From Dehalococcoidia bacterium (GTDB lineage: Bacteria; Chloroflexota; Dehalococcoidia; Lucifugimonadales; UBA3495): DNA of 64,000 nucleotides. A model generated the notes under the pieces. That model ran no database searches and was not told the origin of the DNA. It was given only the letters and a program-made list of their open reading frames with translations. This document shows, one piece after another, positions 59,863 to 64,000 of the stretch. Each line of letters opens with the position of its first letter. The stretch's first letter is position 1. The stretch lies in the NCBI GenBank assembly GCA_965232885.1, contig CBDDQX010000002.1, positions 567,868 to 631,867 on the forward strand. Direction: 5' to 3'. The position numbers and the translations under genes are program-made.

Positions 59863-62800
59863 TTAGGAATAGTAGTCCGGCAGGATTGCCCGTACTGACT
59901 CATCAATGCTGGACAGGATGGGCAGCATGGCCCGGTCTCGCAGCACGTCATTGCGTTTGATGCGCTGGCGGCCTACCTGCCGCTCCATCACCAGCGCCTC
60001 TACCAGACGATGAGCCAAAACTGATTGAGATGACAGGTTAGCATGATGTCTGTTGCTGGTGTCGAACTTGGGAATCGGCAGATTTCTCACTGGGCCGGTA
60101 TGGAAGTCTCTGTCTGACAAACGCCCGGCGTTGCTGAAAAAATCCGCCAAGCAAGGGGCGTTAAAAATGGCGGCCAAGTAATGAAGCTCCCCAGCTTGGG
60201 AACTGGAATACCAGTACAAAGTGCCGTCAGCTATAAGATTTGCATCAACAACCGACGATTCCAGCCAAGAACCTGACTTTCGATATACTATCTTGTACGT
60301 CCCCGGCTCATTACCAAGTTGCGACGACAGCTTTCCTTGGTAATCCACTTGGCTAAGCAAAGTATCTGGCGGGCGAGGCCCGCTCAATCTGCGCCAATCC
60401 CTGTCGGCATTGTCCCAATACAACCGGAAATCCGCAGCTCCATCTCCTTGCGGCAAGCCGGTTTCCAGACTGCGGCCGTCCTCTGCGAAAGGAGCAATGA
60501 TATGGGATTGGCCTACTGTGCCAAAAGGCAGCAAAAGACGGGAGAAAATCGCCGGTTTCACAAATCTTTCTTCAACTTGGCCGTTCCGCGCTGAAGCAGC
60601 CCAAGCCCCTTTGCCGGTATTAGTTCTGAAGTAAATTTTTCCTAAAGCTCTGGAAAGAGATTGCTCGAAAACCACTAACGGTTGAGGGAAAAGGGTCGCC
60701 CCATTGCGAAAGGAATTCGCATAGGCTTCGCTAGGCTTTGTATCTTGTGTAGGGCGTGGAGTGAAGGTTAATTTGGGACTGACCTCATCCCACGGCATTT
60801 TAGGATTGACCGATTCAGTGTTAGCAATCCTCTGGATGCCGGACAATGGAACAGCCTGTGCTCTGCGGTGTCCGCCGGTGTTGAGCTTTGTTCCAAAAAC
60901 CACCGACGAATTTGCTTGAGGAAAGGGCGGGGAATTGAGATTCATCAAATCCCAGGCGTCCTTGCTGAGGTCTATCAGAGTTGGGAGGCGGCCTGAAGTT
61001 TCCGGAAGGCCCCAAACCCCGGCGCGAAAAGCCTCCCACTGCCTGGCTCGTAAAGCGGCATACGGCAGCACAAAACCAAACTTGCCTCCGTGCTCAAGAT
61101 AATAGTCAACGCAAGTAGCGGCGAAAGTGGCTGCTATATCATTCTGCGTCGCAAGATTGGCGGATGCCCATAGCTTCCGGTCTTGAGCCTGTTGCCGGAA
61201 AGCGTCCTGCCGCTCGTTGCTCATAGCGTTGTAAACCACCCACGGCGGGTTGCCCACTATCCGGGATGCTGGCTGCTGCGCCAGACGGTAGGGTTGTACT
61301 AAGTTGGAAATATACCAGTACCAGACATGATTGCGCCCTTCTTCTATGTACTGGCGAAACCTGCGGTAGGTCTCGATGAGAGCGCCCTTTTCGTCTTCGG
61401 TGTTGAGGTTTAGCACAGCCGCCAGATCATCTTCTATCCCTGGATACTCGGTGCGGCGAGCATAATCAAAGACCTGGTTCAGACGGGGCAGAAAGTAGTC
61501 GGACAGAAGAAAACTTCGGGGTAGCTGCAATGGCGCGTCCGGGTCATCAGTGGGTATGTCTAGAAGAGCGCCCAGCTCAAAGAGCGCGCTATTTCGTCGT
61601 ATTTCCCATTGCAGACTGTCGCCGAGGTAGACTCCGGCTGTCTCTTCCGACTTGGCATAAGACGCCAAATCCGAGAAGGCCAAAATTTTCGTGGTTTTCG
61701 CCAGCTCGACAGCTACCGGATGCAAATCTATCCCGGCAACCAGACCGTTGACAATCTCCACTTGAGCTTGCGGACTGTTTGCCAGTTTGGGATGTTTGCG
61801 GGCGTCTTCCAGTAACAGTTGGGTAGCGTGGTAAAGGAATGTGCCGGAGCCGCATGAGGGATCTAGCACTACCGGGCCTTGCGTCTGGCCCGCAACGGCC
61901 ATTTCAATGACTTCCCTCCGCCACTCCGCATCCATCACTTCCTCGCAAACGGCGCGGGCCAGCCAGTCAGGTGTGTAGTATTCGCCAAAATCGTGACGGA
62001 TGTTCCTGGGGATTACTGCATGGTACAGATCTTTAAGAGCATCTCGGTTTTGAGAACGCCATTCATACCTGTCTACTTCTGCAATGGTTTCGTTCAGCAG
62101 CGTTTTACCGGCCTCATCCGAAGCGTCCAGAACCCACGCGGCAAAGCCTTCCGTGTAAGAGCCATGGCGCATTTCTTGCCTGATACCCTGCTGCTCTGCA
62201 GGACGAATCGTTTCTGCCACCGCGCGGGCGACTACCACGAGCATGGTATGCCGGGCGAAAAGGTTGCGCTCGGCGGCGCTATCGCCAGGAGGTGCAAGAT
62301 AGGCGCCCCGTAACACGTCGCGCCATAGTGCCCTTTTCACATCGTAAGCCGGGGACTGCTCGCAGCTTGCGGCCAGAGCGATGTACTGCCGGGCCAAGCC
62401 TTCCACCCATATCTCATTATCAGTAGGTGGGGCCAGCTTCGTTGTGCGGTCTACAAACTGATATAGATACCCAAGAAGCTCATCGTCATCATGCGGCGTG
62501 TCAAGCCGAATATCCCTATCCAGAGTGAGGCGCCGCTCCAAGGGCATATCAAAACCTGGGCTGTAGTTATAGAAGCTCCATTCCTTTCCGTCGGTGACGC
62601 AGGCCCGCCGTCCAATACGGCCTGAGTCAAACAAACCGGGCCGGCTGGCAAGAGCATCTAGGTATCGAAGAGCTTGCTCTTCCGGAGTTTCAGTTGAACC
62701 GTTCGGTTTAGTGCGCGCGTCATCCTTCTTGCCCTGCCGTTTGGTCTCAAAAACCACGTTCCGGCAGTAAACATCTACCGGACTGTCCCCGGATGGATAT

Positions 62801-63075
62801 TGCGTGGCTATATCAGGGTATCGCAAGCCTGGGAACAGATGGCCTAAGATGGAACGCAAATGCGATTCCACTTCCGCTTCGGCTACGGAATCCGGCAATT
62901 CCCGCAGCCGGGCTATCCCTTCACGAGCCAAATCCCAATGTGGCTCCCCAGTAACGCTGAACGCTTGCATATAACCATCCAGCCCAGCCATGGATTGAGG
63001 GGATACTAGCGCAGATTCCGGCGGAATGACAACCACTGGTGAAACCCCACTGCGCCGTCGTGTATACTGTGCCAA
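59863..63075 (-). CDS. Type IIG-like R-M enzyme (N6-adenine MTase plus nuclease), paralog of 1752-5039; start uncertain
   Basis: VDVY...FETK, GEYYTPDWLA, DPSCGSGTFL, GNPPW. Confidence 0.85.
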   Translation of the reverse strand: MAQYTRRRSGVSPVVVIPPESALVSPQSMAGLDGYMQAFSVTGEPHWDLAREGIARLRELPDSVAEAEVESHLRSILGHLFPGLRYPDIATQYPSGDSPVDVYCRNVVFETKRQGKKDDARTKPNGSTETPEEQALRYLDALASRPGLFDSGRIGRRACVTDGKEWSFYNYSPGFDMPLERRLTLDRDIRLDTPHDDDELLGYLYQFVDRTTKLAPPTDNEIWVEGLARQYIALAASCEQSPAYDVKRALWRDVLRGAYLAPPGDSAAERNLFARHTMLVVVARAVAETIRPAEQQGIRQEMRHGSYTEGFAAWVLDASDEAGKTLLNETIAEVDRYEWRSQNRDALKDLYHAVIPRNIRHDFGEYYTPDWLARAVCEEVMDAEWRREVIEMAVAGQTQGPVVLDPSCGSGTFLYHATQLLLEDARKHPKLANSPQAQVEIVNGLVAGIDLHPVAVELAKTTKILAFSDLASYAKSEETAGVYLGDSLQWEIRRNSALFELGALLDIPTDDPDAPLQLPRSFLLSDYFLPRLNQVFDYARRTEYPGIEDDLAAVLNLNTEDEKGALIETYRRFRQYIEEGRNHVWYWYISNLVQPYRLAQQPASRIVGNPPWVVYNAMSNERQDAFRQQAQDRKLWASANLATQNDIAATFAATCVDYYLEHGGKFGFVLPYAALRARQWEAFRAGVWGLPETSGRLPTLIDLSKDAWDLMNLNSPPFPQANSSVVFGTKLNTGGHRRAQAVPLSGIQRIANTESVNPKMPWDEVSPKLTFTPRPTQDTKPSEAYANSFRNGATLFPQPLVVFEQSLSRALGKIYFRTNTGKGAWAASARNGQVEERFVKPAIFSRLLLPFGTVGQSHIIAPFAEDGRSLETGLPQGDGAADFRLYWDNADRDWRRLSGPRPPDTLLSQVDYQGKLSSQLGNEPGTYKIVYRKSGSWLESSVVDANLIADGTLYWYSSSQAGELHYLAAIFNAPCLADFFSNAGRLSDRDFHTGPVRNLPIPKFDTSNRHHANLSSQSVLAHRLVEALVMERQVGRQRIKRNDVLRDRAMLPILSSIDESVRAILPDYYS

Positions 63076-63104
63076 ACGGCAACCGCCTACTGGAGCGTGC
63101 CTTT

Positions 63105-64000
63105 ATGGCGACTACGACCAGCCCGACTTTAGGCAGTATCGTCAACCTCGACGAGGGGCAGATCAGCCGCGAGATATTCGTCAACGAAGACATCTACGCC
63201 CAGGAGCAGGAGCAGGTTTTCTCGAAGGCATGGCTCTTCGTCGGGCATGAGTCGCAAGTGCCCAAGCCGGGAGACTATTTCGTTTCCAGCATGGGCGAAG
63301 AGTCCGTCATTCTCTGCCGCGACCGGGACGGCGAGATTCACGTCTTCCTCAATTCCTGCACCCACCGGGGCATGAAGGTGTGCCGGTACGATGAGGGCAA
63401 CACCCCGGTGTTCAGTTGCCCCTACCACGGGTGGAGCTTCGCCACCGACGGCAAGCTGGTGGGTGTTCCATATTTCAAGGATGCCTATAAAGGTCAGTTA
63501 GACAAGTCCCAGTGGGGCCTTATCGAAGTTCCTCAGATGTACAACTACAAGGGCGGCATCTGGGCGTCGTGGGACAAGCATGGCCTGTCCTTTGCGGAAT
63601 ACCTGGGCGAGTTTACCGGGTATCTCGATCTGCTGATGGACGGACGGGATGGCAGCGAGGCAGGGTCCGAGATACTGGGCGGAGTCCAGAAGTGGACCAT
63701 GCCCAACAACTGGAAATTCGCCGCCGAGAACTTCGCTGGCGACGGCTACCACAACATCAGCCACCGCTCGGTAGATATGGTGGGCATCGGCCCCAGCGGG
63801 CTGGGACGCCGCGACGACTCCGAGTACAAGTCGGGGCGGCGCATCAACGTCTCAATTCCCCAGCGCGGCCACGCTGCTGTGGTCGAGCTGTTCCCGTCCG
63901 ATACGCCGCAGATATCCACCTACCAGAACACGGCGGATGTGGGTGAATACTTCCGGTACATGGAGGCCGAGCGTCGCCGGCGACTGGATGGCAAGACCAA
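63105..64000 (+). CDS. Rieske aromatic ring-hydroxylating dioxygenase alpha subunit; runs off the window edge
   Basis: Manual translation: CTHRG...CPYHGW Rieske motif; NWKFAAENF..DGYH...H. Confidence 0.92.
   Translation, partial: MATTTSPTLGSIVNLDEGQISREIFVNEDIYAQEQEQVFSKAWLFVGHESQVPKPGDYFVSSMGEESVILCRDRDGEIHVFLNSCTHRGMKVCRYDEGNTPVFSCPYHGWSFATDGKLVGVPYFKDAYKGQLDKSQWGLIEVPQMYNYKGGIWASWDKHGLSFAEYLGEFTGYLDLLMDGRDGSEAGSEILGGVQKWTMPNNWKFAAENFAGDGYHNISHRSVDMVGIGPSGLGRRDDSEYKSGRRINVSIPQRGHAAVVELFPSDTPQISTYQNTADVGEYFRYMEAERRRRLDGKT

Overview
GC-rich bacterial chromosomal window. The gene content suggests Chloroflexota/Dehalococcoidia (SAR202-like); this is an inference from paralog expansions of TPP enzymes, SDRs, luciferase-like monooxygenases, TRAP DctP lipoproteins and Uma2 nucleases. 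Core genes include thyX, an E2/korB/korA/lpdA cluster, tatA/B/C, an rlmD-maf fusion, trxA, tRNA-Sec and aromatic-catabolism enzymes. Accessory content includes two paralogous Type IIG-like R-M genes, a CHAT-NTPase-TPR protein, toxin-antitoxin pairs, a complete IS1 element with an 8-bp target-site duplication, and several REP/MITE families. Three signals stand out. (1) A ~5.4-kb defence cassette array at 50.3-55.7 kb sits inside the remains of a large R-M-like gene, and three diverged copies of that gene's 3' end separate unrelated cassettes. (2) Within the array, a DUF3800 gene with an in-frame UGA faces a candidate small structured RNA that has its own convergent promoter. (3) An AhpD-like selenoprotein (CxxU motif plus SECIS-like hairpin) is split in two by the ORF track. 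No CRISPR array, rRNA or integrase was seen. All family calls come from motif recognition by eye, not database searches.
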